A stretch of DNA of 64,000 nt from a bacterium (lineage in GTDB: Bacteria > Hinthialibacterota > Hinthialibacteria > Hinthialibacterales > Hinthialibacteraceae): contig CAXXMV010000003.1 in assembly GCA_963662285.2 (NCBI GenBank), forward strand, positions 1 through 64,000. The letters run 5' to 3'. Of the stretch, positions 20,148 to 29,562 are shown in pieces (the stretch's first letter is position 1; every line of letters starts with the position of its first letter). The notes below the pieces were generated by a model. It was not told the origin of the DNA. It saw only the letters and a program-made list of their open reading frames with translations, and made no database searches. The translations under genes and the position numbers were made by a program.

Positions 20148-21041
20148 ATGAGATACACAAAGCCGCACCTTACCTTCAAAGAGCAAGCCAACCAACTCAT
20201 TCTTCGTGGTCTCGTTGCGGATCGAGAACGATTGATTCACACACTGCAACGCGTGAATTATTACCGACTCAGCGGTTATTTGGATCCCTTCAGAAATGCA
20301 GACGATACATACAAAGAAGGAACCACTCTTGAAAAAGTCTGGCGAAGGTATGCATACGACCGCCGTTTACGCCTTCTCTTGTTAGATGCGATAGAACGAA
20401 TCGAAATTTCCGTGCGCACCCAACTGGTCTATCATTTCAGCCATAAATATGGCCCATTTGGACACATTCTTCATGAAAACCTTGCTAAAATCCATCCAAA
20501 AGTATTCGCCGATTGGTTGAACCGTTTGCAGAAAGAGACGACGCGCAGCCAGGAAATCTTCGTCGAGCATTTCCAGCGAAAATACGATGAACACGAACAA
20601 TTGCCGCTCTGGATGGCCTGCGAGATTATGACATTCGGTTCCACTCTAACTTTCTTCAAGGGCGTCTCCCCATCGATTAAGCGAATACTAGCCAAAGAAT
20701 ACCGCATCCCGGATGAGGTTTTGCATTCCTGGTTGCGGGCTCTGAATGCGATCCGCAATATATGCGCACACCACGGACGCATTCATGGAAGGGAGTTGGG
20801 TTATAAGCCAAAACTCCCCTATCCGAATAAATATCCTGAATGGCACTATCCAGTAACCATTCCCAATAACCGTATTTTTGGGATTCTTACGATTTGCCGT
20901 TATCTGCTTCGCATCATCGCTCCTCAAAGCCAATGGTCGAACAACTTTCACACTCTACTTGATGAATATTCCGAAATCCCTCGTCAACCTATGGGTTTCC
21001 CCGATGATTGGGAATTGTGTCCGATATGGAAAGAAGATTAG
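20148..21041 (+). CDS. Abi family (Abi_2, AbiD/AbiF-like) HEPN ribonuclease
   Basis: KPHLTFKEQ...RGL, NYYRLSGY, D-RLR-LL-DAIERIE, PLWM-CE-MTFG, HEPN RNICAH. Confidence 0.9.
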   Translation: MRYTKPHLTFKEQANQLILRGLVADRERLIHTLQRVNYYRLSGYLDPFRNADDTYKEGTTLEKVWRRYAYDRRLRLLLLDAIERIEISVRTQLVYHFSHKYGPFGHILHENLAKIHPKVFADWLNRLQKETTRSQEIFVEHFQRKYDEHEQLPLWMACEIMTFGSTLTFFKGVSPSIKRILAKEYRIPDEVLHSWLRALNAIRNICAHHGRIHGRELGYKPKLPYPNKYPEWHYPVTIPNNRIFGILTICRYLLRIIAPQSQWSNNFHTLLDEYSEIPRQPMGFPDDWELCPIWKED

Positions 21042-21170
21042 CAACTATGAAATGGCGTAAGGCGATAAAACGAAAAATGCAAGAATATCAAATAACTGCA
21101 TAAATTTTAATCTATGATAAAATACAGCCAAACTAAAGACTCTATAATACAATAATAGAAAGGTTTAATC

Positions 21171-21854
21171 ATGAATTACTCTTACCTGGATATAGCGAAG
21201 ATGATCGATCATTCTCTTCTTAATCCGACTCTGACGGACCGGGATTTGGATGAAGGATGCCGTTTGGCATTGCAGTATGATGTGGCTAGCGTTTGCATCA
21301 TGCCCTATTATTTAAAGAAATGCGCTGAGATGCTTAAAGGCAGCAGCGTCAAAGCAAGCACCACCATCGGTTTTCCTCATGGTGGACATACAACCGCCAT
21401 CAAGATAGCTGAAGCCAAACAGGCGCTGGCTGATGGTGGAGAAGAACTGGATATGGTGGTTAATATCAGTAAAGTTCTGAGCGGCGACTGGAATTATGTT
21501 GCAGCGGAATTAAAAGATATCACTACTCTTATTCATGACGCCGGACAAAAAGTGAAAGTGATTTTCGAAAACTGCTACTTAAATGATCCACAGAAAATAA
21601 AACTGTGCGAAATATGCGGTGAACTGAGCGTTGATTGGGTAAAAACCTCAAGCGGTTATGGAACCGGAGGCGCAACATTGGAAGACCTTAAACTGATGCG
21701 CGACAATTCTCCCGCACATGTACAGGTCAAAGCTGCGGGAGGAGTGCGTGATATGGATCGCCTTCTTATTGTGCGCGACCTGGGAGTAACCCGCGTAGGC
21801 GCCAGCAGGACGCAGGAAATGCTTGATGATTGTAAATTACGAATAGAAGGTTGA
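21171..21854 (+). CDS. deoC: Deoxyribose-phosphate aldolase family
   Basis: IDHSLL, IGFPHG, ELDMVVN, KVIFEN, VKTSSGY, VKAAGGVR. Confidence 0.9.
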   Translation: MNYSYLDIAKMIDHSLLNPTLTDRDLDEGCRLALQYDVASVCIMPYYLKKCAEMLKGSSVKASTTIGFPHGGHTTAIKIAEAKQALADGGEELDMVVNISKVLSGDWNYVAAELKDITTLIHDAGQKVKVIFENCYLNDPQKIKLCEICGELSVDWVKTSSGYGTGGATLEDLKLMRDNSPAHVQVKAAGGVRDMDRLLIVRDLGVTRVGASRTQEMLDDCKLRIEG

Positions 21855-21864
21855 GCATATTGCC

Positions 21865-22034
21865 CGATGGGACGCGCTTCGACGGTAATTTAAATACCGG
21901 TAGATTTTTGTTGCTTTGTCCTATCCTACCTATTAAGATCAAGGGCTGACCGCATTGCGGTCTTGCCCTTGGCGCCCGGCTATCATATACAGAAGAGATC
22001 GGAATTCCGGGCGCCCACAAGGGGCGCACCCTAC
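21865..22034. repeat. Mosaic of REP-like elements (interrupted family A, family D, family C)
   Basis: CGATGGGACGCGC...GCTTTGTCCTATCCTACC; ATCAAGGGCTGACCGCATTGCGGTCTTGCCCTTG; GGGCGCCCACAAGGGGCGCACCCTAC. Confidence 0.8.
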
Positions 22035-22075
22035 TTCTATCTGCTAAAATTAAAGATGTTTTTAAATAAGTAGGA

Positions 22076-22783
22076 TCAACCAATCTGTTTCAGCGCTTCC
22101 AGCGTTACGCAGTTAGCGGGCGGATCGCCCAGTTCCGGGTATACTTGATCGGCTTCAGAGAAATCTTCATCGCCGGTATAACTGCTGATGGTGACGATGC
22201 ATTTCATCCCGGCGGCTTTGGCGGCCAGCAGACCGTTGCGGCTGTCTTCGACTACAACGCATTCATCGCCCGGTAATCCCAGCTGTTCTTTAGCGAGAAG
22301 ATAAATATCCGGTTCGGGTTTTTTTCTGGATACTACATCCCCCGCCAGAATAGCGTTGAACCTGGTTTTCCGATCCTGACCTAACATACGTTCAACGACC
22401 AGATTGACCGAGCGTTCGTTGGAGGTTGAACATACGGCCAGTTTCATACCGTCAGCGATGGCTTCATCCACCAGCCGTTTGACGCCGGGGCGCAGGGGCA
22501 ATCCCCCGGAATCGATGATCTTCATGAACATGTCTGTCTTGAGGTGATGCAAATCCTTGATGAATTGATCACGGTCATCAATACCATCCGGCCAGCCGTT
22601 CTGGTTGAAATAGTGCTTCATCCGTTCCTTGCCGCCCGCTACTTTCAGCAGTTCGCCATACAGTTCGACGCTCCACTCCACATCCAAACCCTTGGCTTGA
22701 AAGGCTTGATTGAAGGCCGCGCGGTGGCCGTCACGTTCCGTATCAACCAGTACGCCGTCACAATCGAATATCAATGCTTTCAT
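22076..22783 (-). CDS. HAD-IA hydrolase, CbbY-like sugar phosphatase
   Basis: FDCDGVLVDTERDGHR, GGKERM, KKPEPDIY, EDSRNG. Confidence 0.88.
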   Translation of the reverse strand: MKALIFDCDGVLVDTERDGHRAAFNQAFQAKGLDVEWSVELYGELLKVAGGKERMKHYFNQNGWPDGIDDRDQFIKDLHHLKTDMFMKIIDSGGLPLRPGVKRLVDEAIADGMKLAVCSTSNERSVNLVVERMLGQDRKTRFNAILAGDVVSRKKPEPDIYLLAKEQLGLPGDECVVVEDSRNGLLAAKAAGMKCIVTISSYTGDEDFSEADQVYPELGDPPANCVTLEALKQIG

Positions 22784-23655
22784 TAGTATTTTCCTTTATC
22801 TTTCGCGGCGCGTCCTTCACCGCCGAACTGTACGATTTTTTCAGCCATCTCTTTTTTAATCTGATCAAACTGGGCTTGGAGAACTTTGAGCGGCTCCAGT
22901 TCTTTGGTCGATGTATGAAATTCAACAAAACTTTTTATGAATGCATGTTTCAGTTGGGTGGAGATATTGACCTTGGCGCAGCCCAGTTTAATGCAGCGCT
23001 GAAAGACATCATCCGACAGCCCCGTCCCGCCATGCAGCGCAATGGGGATTCCCGTTTCACGGGCGATGGTTTCCAAACGGTCAAAGGCGATTTTGGGCGC
23101 CCCTTTATACATGCCGTGTGAGGTGCCAATCGCCGGAGCGAATACGGCTAAGGGCAGCCCTTGGCAAAAGTGGATGGCTTTATCCGGATCAGCCAGATGA
23201 GCGTCTTCTTCGTTAACGTCGATATCATCTTCCACGCCGCCGATTTCACCCAGTTCGGCTTCGACGGCAATGTCAGCTGGCTGCGCCATCTCAATTACCT
23301 GCTTGGTTAACGATAGATTTTCCTCAAAGGGAAAAGATGACGCGTCAATCATCACCGAAGTCCACCCGTTGTCGATGCATTGGCGGATCACATTTAGGTC
23401 TTTGCAGTGATCCAAATGCAGGGCGACTGGTATGGATGAGTGTTCGGCCAGTTCCTTCAACCAGGAAACGATTACGCCGCCGCCCCAGAATTTCACCGTT
23501 TTGACCGAAGTCTGAATAATGACTGGAGCGTCCAGTTCCTCAGCGGCTTCAATCACCGCCTTGGTCGATAGATAGTCTACTGTATTGAAAGCGCCAATAG
23601 CATAGTTGTTTTCTCTGGCGACCGCCAACATCGGTTTCATGCTTATTAAACTCAT
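22783..23655 (-). CDS. Class II fructose/tagatose-bisphosphate aldolase
   Basis: ALHLDH, SVMIDAS, VEAELG, GTSHG, LHGGTG, KVNIST. Confidence 0.92.
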   Translation of the reverse strand: MSLISMKPMLAVARENNYAIGAFNTVDYLSTKAVIEAAEELDAPVIIQTSVKTVKFWGGGVIVSWLKELAEHSSIPVALHLDHCKDLNVIRQCIDNGWTSVMIDASSFPFEENLSLTKQVIEMAQPADIAVEAELGEIGGVEDDIDVNEEDAHLADPDKAIHFCQGLPLAVFAPAIGTSHGMYKGAPKIAFDRLETIARETGIPIALHGGTGLSDDVFQRCIKLGCAKVNISTQLKHAFIKSFVEFHTSTKELEPLKVLQAQFDQIKKEMAEKIVQFGGEGRAAKDKGKY

Positions 23656-23675
23656 GGTTCACCTCATTAATTCTT

Positions 23676-25049
23676 CTATGATTGATCCGAATCCATCGAC
23701 CAGATTTTTTGCCCGGTCAGGTGGTAATGCCCCAACTGCGCGGCGCCTAACACTGATGAATTCCCGCGAAAATCATATATGTAGTCGCCCATCCATTTTT
23801 TTTTACAACGTAAGAAAGCCTCCGACAAGCCTCCGCCTGTCAAATGGATAGTTGAATTTAATTTAACCTTCTGCGCCATAGCATCGAGATGACGCTTCAT
23901 ATATAAATTATTGCCCCGGATCATGGCCATCAGCATTTTCTCCCGCGTTGTTTCCAGGGTAAGGGATTCAAAGGATGCACATTTCTTTTGCGTGCTGTAG
24001 CGGTCGCCCGCCAAAAAAACTTCATACTCCGGCAGTTCCCATTTTGGTTTACCATCAAAATATTCCTCAATGGTTGACGGAATAAAACTCGAATAGAAAA
24101 CATCGGCTGCCATTTCCCGGCAAAAATTTTGATGAAACCATTCCAGGGCTTTACCGCCAGTGTTCAACACATACAGGGTTGACCAAAGACCGGGGATGAC
24201 ATGACAACGCACATTGTACTGACTATCCGGTAATGCTTCAGCCAACCCGACGCAGATTATTTCACACGTACCGCAAATATCCAAAACCGCCCCTTCGCGG
24301 GTAACGCCTCCTGTCAATGCAGCGCACATGGCGTCGTTGCCGCCCATCAACACCGGGATGCCTGGCGGCAAGCCAGTGGTTTGAGCAATCTTCAGCAAGA
24401 GACCGCCCACTGGTTCCCAGCTATTGATAATAGGAGGCAGTTTTTCTGGGGGGATACCTAATCGATCCAGGATGGAATGATTCCATGTTCCATCATTGGC
24501 GGTGGTATTATATAAGGCGGTTAGCGAGGCGGTTGACGGGTCCATGCCCCATTCACCAGTCAACCATTTGCCAAACAGTGTATTGGTATGGCCGAACATG
24601 ACGGCCTGATTAAAAATCTCCGGCGTTTTTTCCTGCCACCAGACAATAGTAGATGCAGTGCAGCCGCCGGATACCGGCAGGTTGCTGGTGTTATTCAGCA
24701 GGTAGTCTTCACCGATGACGTCACGGATTTTCTGCGCCTGCGGCCCGCTGCGTCCATCGAGGAACAACACAGCTGGCGTCAGCGCTTCACCTTCAGCGTT
24801 GATTGCTGTGGCGCCGGGCGTCGAGACGGAAAGACTTATGGCCTGCACTTCGCCTAATTCGCCTTGCAGTTCATTGCAGCAATCCAGAAAGGCTTTCCAC
24901 CAATGCCCGGTATCCAAATCGCACTGACCACCCGGACGGAGGTTCATGGGATAAGCCCGTTCAGCGCTGGCATGGATATGGCGGCCATCTTCGACAACGG
25001 CCATTTTCATTTGGGTTGTGCCCGCATCTATAGCCAGAACCAGAGTCAT
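23676..25049 (-). CDS. FGGY family carbohydrate kinase
   Basis: AIDAGTTQMK, DGRS, GGND, GT motifs, LTGGG; ATG 25049 overlaps the upstream stop (ATGA). Confidence 0.88.
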   Translation of the reverse strand: MTLVLAIDAGTTQMKMAVVEDGRHIHASAERAYPMNLRPGGQCDLDTGHWWKAFLDCCNELQGELGEVQAISLSVSTPGATAINAEGEALTPAVLFLDGRSGPQAQKIRDVIGEDYLLNNTSNLPVSGGCTASTIVWWQEKTPEIFNQAVMFGHTNTLFGKWLTGEWGMDPSTASLTALYNTTANDGTWNHSILDRLGIPPEKLPPIINSWEPVGGLLLKIAQTTGLPPGIPVLMGGNDAMCAALTGGVTREGAVLDICGTCEIICVGLAEALPDSQYNVRCHVIPGLWSTLYVLNTGGKALEWFHQNFCREMAADVFYSSFIPSTIEEYFDGKPKWELPEYEVFLAGDRYSTQKKCASFESLTLETTREKMLMAMIRGNNLYMKRHLDAMAQKVKLNSTIHLTGGGLSEAFLRCKKKWMGDYIYDFRGNSSVLGAAQLGHYHLTGQKIWSMDSDQS

Positions 25050-25942
25050 TGGAGTAATCCCACAATGGATAAACATTGACGTATAATGTCACGTTCCGTC
25101 TCGCCTAGAGGCTGCAATGGTCTACGTGGATAGCCTCCCGCCAGTCCGGCAAGGTCCATGGCCGCTTTCACTCCGGGAACGCCGTATTTGCTGCTGATAT
25201 TCTTATTGAGATTCTTCATGGTATCGTGCCAGGCCTCGCCTTCTATAGAATATCCCTGCCGCGCCAGTTTCCATAACTTGATTCCAGCCTCTGGAAAGGC
25301 GTTTGCCAGACTCATCACGCCGCCCGGCGAACCTTTAAGTATGGCAGGATAAAAGAATGAGGCTGATCCGGGAAGCACGGAGAAACTGTCACTATTGTAT
25401 TGCATAAAATTTTCGATGCCGCTGGGAGCGCTATCTTTCATTCCGGCAATATTGGGATGAGCGGCAAGAATCGCTACTGTTTCCGGCAGGATCGTAACGC
25501 CAGTGAATCCCGGCGCATTGTATAACAGCACAGGGATATCAACCGCCTCAGCGCATTCGGTGAAATAACTGGTCAATACGTCGTGCGTCATGTGCTTGCG
25601 GAAATAGGATGGCGTCAGCAGCGTGGCGAAATCGCTGCCCGCATCCTTGACATATTTCATAAACTCAATGGTCTGATCGGTGCTGTCATAAATACAGCCG
25701 GTCATCACCACCTGCTGTGATGACCGGGCGGCCAGGATAATCTCCAAAACCTGGCGCTTTTCACTCTCACGCAGACAGCGGTTTTCTCCATTGCTGCCCA
25801 GAGCGAGATACCCGCGAACTTCCGTCTGGGCATAGAATTCCATATTGGCTCGCAACGCCCCGGCGTCAACGCTCATATCACGGTTGAACGGCGTGGTGAC
25901 TGGTAAGAATACTCCAGATAGTTTCTCAGCGTTTGTCGTCAT
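25046..25942 (-). CDS. DHDPS/NAL family aldolase (HOGA-like)
   Basis: PVTTPF, LGSNGE, LYNAP, GMKDS. Confidence 0.88.
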   Translation of the reverse strand: MTTNAEKLSGVFLPVTTPFNRDMSVDAGALRANMEFYAQTEVRGYLALGSNGENRCLRESEKRQVLEIILAARSSQQVVMTGCIYDSTDQTIEFMKYVKDAGSDFATLLTPSYFRKHMTHDVLTSYFTECAEAVDIPVLLYNAPGFTGVTILPETVAILAAHPNIAGMKDSAPSGIENFMQYNSDSFSVLPGSASFFYPAILKGSPGGVMSLANAFPEAGIKLWKLARQGYSIEGEAWHDTMKNLNKNISSKYGVPGVKAAMDLAGLAGGYPRRPLQPLGETERDIIRQCLSIVGLLQ

Positions 25943-26112
25943 AATACATCATAATCCTTTGGCAGTTTTATCAGGTTGGCCTGTATATAAAGCAAGTAAA
26001 GGTAGCCTAAGCGCTCAAAAGAAATAGTAGTGAATTAATCCGGGGTAGGGAAGTGGTTGGACGGAAAACCTTATACGCATATATCACAAGAACAGTCGTT
26101 CAATAATTACCA

Positions 26113-26271
26113 GGCGCCAAGGGCGAGACCGCAAAGTGTTCAGCCCTTGATTCTATAACTTACGGCATAGGGTAGATGGCTTCGCCTCAATTTTATTAGA
26201 TTAAGCAGTTTTGCAGGATATGATAAAATCCACCTGCGATAACAAGTAGGGGCAATCCTTCACGGTTGCCC
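26113..26271. repeat. Family D repeat (26113-26151) and GTAG-type REP, family C (26246-26271)
   Basis: CAAGGGCGAGACCGC...CAGCCCTTGAT; GTAGGGGCAATCCTTCACGGTTGCCC. Confidence 0.7.
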
Positions 26272-26286
26272 GATAATCGTTACCTC

Positions 26287-27192
26287 CTACTTATAATCGC
26301 CATAAAACCGCAAACTGCTTTTGGGCTTTTCAACATCATCCAATCCCTCGACCGACAGGTCGGCGCCGTCGAATGCATTGCTATCAGGCAGCGCCATATA
26401 AAATCCTCGCGTTTGATCGATGGATAATTGAACATCGCCAGTCTCCAATGCAATTACATGACCGCCGCGTGTTTTGTCGTCTGTAATGAAATGGAAATGA
26501 TATCCTGGAACATTAACGCCGCTGATATAAGCCGGGCAGCGGAAGCCCACCAGGGTTCCTTTGATATTCTCGAACTCAAAGAACACCTGGTTCTTAATCA
26601 CATCCAAAAGAGGGATATAGGGCTTTTGCTGTATGGGAACGCTACGGGTTTTGACGTAATTAAAAACGCCTTCGATCTTAATAGCGTAAAAGGTATTCTT
26701 GGTGGGCAGCATATCGTCAATGGCTTTTTCCAGTTGATCGTATGTCATGCCTGCTTCCAGTTGCAGCGAAAGATCGGCGTCAAAGAAAGTAACATTGGCG
26801 AAGGGCGTCAGCTGTGTATCAGTGAGTTTATAAGCGATGCCATCGGTCTTGATATGATAGAACTCTCCATCCAAAGCAATCATCTCGCCATCGAGTTGAT
26901 CCACTGTTCCCAAGCCGAAACCGCCATGCTGCTTTAATTCAGCGAAACTGACATCTCCGTCATACACGCCGAACATCAGAGCGCCGATAGTAGAAGTCTG
27001 ATACAGTACGTCCCGCTCCGCGATAGCCTTGATAGTATTACGAGACTCGGCAACTTTGGATTCGCCATTATCTCCCGGCGCCCCCCAGGCCATAATCGAA
27101 ATAAACAGGGGTAAAATCAAGACGCCTAGGGCCGCTCTTTTCATGTCTTTTGCATAATCCATTAATTTTCTGATGCGTCGCATATTCTTCAT
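26287..27192 (-). CDS. budA: Alpha-acetolactate decarboxylase with predicted signal peptide
   Basis: YQTSTIGALM-G-YDG, GFGLGT, LDGEM, TPFA, TRSVP, GYHFHF, GGHV; likely start ATG 27144 (MKRAALGVLILPLFISIMAWG). Confidence 0.88.
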   Translation of the reverse strand: MKNMRRIRKLMDYAKDMKRAALGVLILPLFISIMAWGAPGDNGESKVAESRNTIKAIAERDVLYQTSTIGALMFGVYDGDVSFAELKQHGGFGLGTVDQLDGEMIALDGEFYHIKTDGIAYKLTDTQLTPFANVTFFDADLSLQLEAGMTYDQLEKAIDDMLPTKNTFYAIKIEGVFNYVKTRSVPIQQKPYIPLLDVIKNQVFFEFENIKGTLVGFRCPAYISGVNVPGYHFHFITDDKTRGGHVIALETGDVQLSIDQTRGFYMALPDSNAFDGADLSVEGLDDVEKPKSSLRFYGDYK

Positions 27193-27207
27193 CCTTAAAA
27201 AACCAAA

Positions 27208-28218
27208 CTAAATTCCTAAAATAGTCTTCACTGCAACAATAACTTTATCATGAATCAGCCCGTTGGTAGCCACTACGCCTTTGTTTTTGGCCAGCGTGCT
27301 GCCTTGAGAGAAATCAAGTTCTTTACCGAAAATATCGCTCACCCGGCCTCCTGCTTCGGTTAAGGCGATCACGCCAGCTGCATGGTCCCAGATTTTTTCC
27401 TGATACTTTTCACTGGTCGGCAGACGCAGATAGACTGACGCATCGGCGCGAGCTACAGCGGAGTATTTGCACTGGCTGTCGAGCCGGATAGGTTCATTGG
27501 TAACGCCCAGCATATCCGCAATCTTCTGTGAATTGCTATGAGAAGAGTGCCCCGCTTCAACTGATTCGCAAAACACCGATTGCGATGCATCATCAATATC
27601 CGAAACAGAAACGGGATGTTCAGTTTCATCATCCATAGTGCGCATAACTGTTCCCGCTCCTTTGGCGGCGATTAACAAGATTCCTTTAGCGCCATCGGCT
27701 TCGCTCCAGACGACGGGATAATTGGGGCAACCCAATACGCCGAAAACAACTTCTCCATCTTCGATCAAGGCAAAAGAGACGGCGTACTGCTGGTTGCGCA
27801 GAAAACCTTTGGTTCCATCAATGGGATCAAGCGTCCAAAAACGATTAAGTTTTTTGCCGTTATGGTTTTCATGATCCAGCGCCCGCAAAATGGCTTTATC
27901 TTTCAATTGAGGAAATTCAGAGCGCACCGACTCATACACGCGTTGTTTTAATTTCTTATCGCCTAGATTCATTAAATCAGCGGCGTTTTCTTCAGCAATC
28001 AATGAATCATCGGGGAACTCTTGATGCAGGCAATGGGCGATTATCGATTGCGCGCTGAAATCGGCGATGGTAACCGGAGAACGGTCTTCTTTGATTACGG
28101 TCTCTTCATCAACCAGACTGGCGCGGATATCCTGACATACGCGGGATGCCCGTAAAACCGCATCGACCGCCATTTTTCGTTCTTTGCTATAAAGGGTCAT
28201 TCTGTACTCCTGCTGCAA
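27208..28218 (-). CDS. 3'(2'),5'-bisphosphate nucleotidase, HAL2/SAL1-like
   Basis: KEDRSPVTIADF, WTLDPIDGTKGFLR, GVLGCPN, DSQCKY, EKIWDHAAG. Confidence 0.9.
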   Translation of the reverse strand: MQQEYRMTLYSKERKMAVDAVLRASRVCQDIRASLVDEETVIKEDRSPVTIADFSAQSIIAHCLHQEFPDDSLIAEENAADLMNLGDKKLKQRVYESVRSEFPQLKDKAILRALDHENHNGKKLNRFWTLDPIDGTKGFLRNQQYAVSFALIEDGEVVFGVLGCPNYPVVWSEADGAKGILLIAAKGAGTVMRTMDDETEHPVSVSDIDDASQSVFCESVEAGHSSHSNSQKIADMLGVTNEPIRLDSQCKYSAVARADASVYLRLPTSEKYQEKIWDHAAGVIALTEAGGRVSDIFGKELDFSQGSTLAKNKGVVATNGLIHDKVIVAVKTILGI

Positions 28219-29264
28219 ACGCCTTCCAACTTCATGTATGCATCCCGTAAGATGCGTTCAGTGGTTTCCCAATTAATACAGCTGTCAGTAATGGAAACGC
28301 CGTACTTTAATTGTGAAATATCACTGGAGATGGATTGGCTGCCTTCATTGAGGTGGCTCTCCAGCATGACACCGAAAATCAAGTTGTTGCCCTCTTTGCG
28401 CTGTTCAATAACATCATGTAAAACCATTTCCTGTTTATGGAAATCTTTACTCGAATTGGCATGGCTGCAATCGATCATGACGTATTCCGGTAATTGGTGT
28501 TTTTTCAGTATATCAGTGGCCTGCTTGACGCTCTCTCTATCATAATTAGGGCCATTACTTCCGCCGCGCATAATCACATGCCCCCACACATTACCGCTGG
28601 TCTTGACGATAGCCGTTTGACCTTCCGGGGTAACTCCGATGAAATTATGCGGCGCCCGCGCCGAACGCATGGCGTCTATAGCAATCTGCATATCACCGCT
28701 GGTGGTATTCTTGAATCCGAAGGGCATCGAAAGCCCGCTCGACATTTCGCGGTGAGTTTGCGATTCAGTGGTTCGCGCTCCAATCGCCGCCCATGAAACC
28801 AGATCATCGATATATTGCGGGACAATGGGATCAAGAAACTCGGTAGCCGTCGGTAATCCCATTTCACTTATCTTAAGCATGATTTGACGCGCTTGCTGTA
28901 ATCCATGATGCATATCGCCGCTGCCATCCAAAAAGGGATCGTAAATCAATCCTTTCCAACCAACCGTCGTGCGCGGCTTCTCCAGATAAACCCGCATCAC
29001 GATAACCATGCGATCTATCAGTTCACTTTGCAACTCAGCTAGTCTTCCGGCATATTCAAGGGCTGATTCTTCATCATGGATCGAGCATGGTCCGACTACA
29101 ACCAGCATTCTTTTATCCTTGTCGCGTAACATGCGCTTAATTGCCTGGCGGCTTTCGAAGACGGTCTGGTTCGCTTTTTCCGTCATGGCGAACTGATTCT
29201 TCAAATGAATCGGCGGAATCAATGGGACGAATTCAATAACGTGTAAATCCTGTGTTTTTTTCAT
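28197..29264 (-). CDS. DAHP synthase, class I-alpha (AroF/G/H type)
   Basis: GPCSIHD, RVYLEKPRTTVGWKG, IGARTTESQ-HRE, DCSHANS, SITDSC; likely start ATG 29264 (ORF track 29315). Confidence 0.95.
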   Translation of the reverse strand: MKKTQDLHVIEFVPLIPPIHLKNQFAMTEKANQTVFESRQAIKRMLRDKDKRMLVVVGPCSIHDEESALEYAGRLAELQSELIDRMVIVMRVYLEKPRTTVGWKGLIYDPFLDGSGDMHHGLQQARQIMLKISEMGLPTATEFLDPIVPQYIDDLVSWAAIGARTTESQTHREMSSGLSMPFGFKNTTSGDMQIAIDAMRSARAPHNFIGVTPEGQTAIVKTSGNVWGHVIMRGGSNGPNYDRESVKQATDILKKHQLPEYVMIDCSHANSSKDFHKQEMVLHDVIEQRKEGNNLIFGVMLESHLNEGSQSISSDISQLKYGVSITDSCINWETTERILRDAYMKLEGVCSRSTE

Positions 29265-29344
29265 AGTACCAAATCGTTTTATTAGAATTTTGTGATCATG
29301 TTTGAATAAAATCATTCTTCCCCCAAGCCCGGGGGAATTTAGAG

Positions 29345-29434
29345 CAATGTCATTAACTCAAGTTATTGGAATGTCCCCCTCACCCTAACACTCCCGGCGG
29401 GAGAGGGGATAACTCGGCTAACTTAATGACATTG
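29345..29434. mobile_element. 90-bp MITE-like element nested inside a family E repeat
   Basis: 12-bp perfect terminal inverted repeats CAATGTCATTAA / TTAATGACATTG; flanks ATTTAGAG and AGTTAGAG (7/8 match) look like a target duplication. Confidence 0.65.
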
Positions 29435-29562
29435 AGTTAGAGGGGGGTTGTTCTCTCAAACCTTATCCTCATAATCTAACTGTCATTATAAATATTGCAA
29501 GCAATGAATATCCTAACGCGCAAACAGTAATTCATCAATCGGGGGATTTCAAAGAACACACT

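Noticed and set aside
21171-21854. DeoC as cargo of the microcompartment implied by the BMC-P triplet
   Set aside because: About 23 kb away and no visible encapsulation-peptide extension
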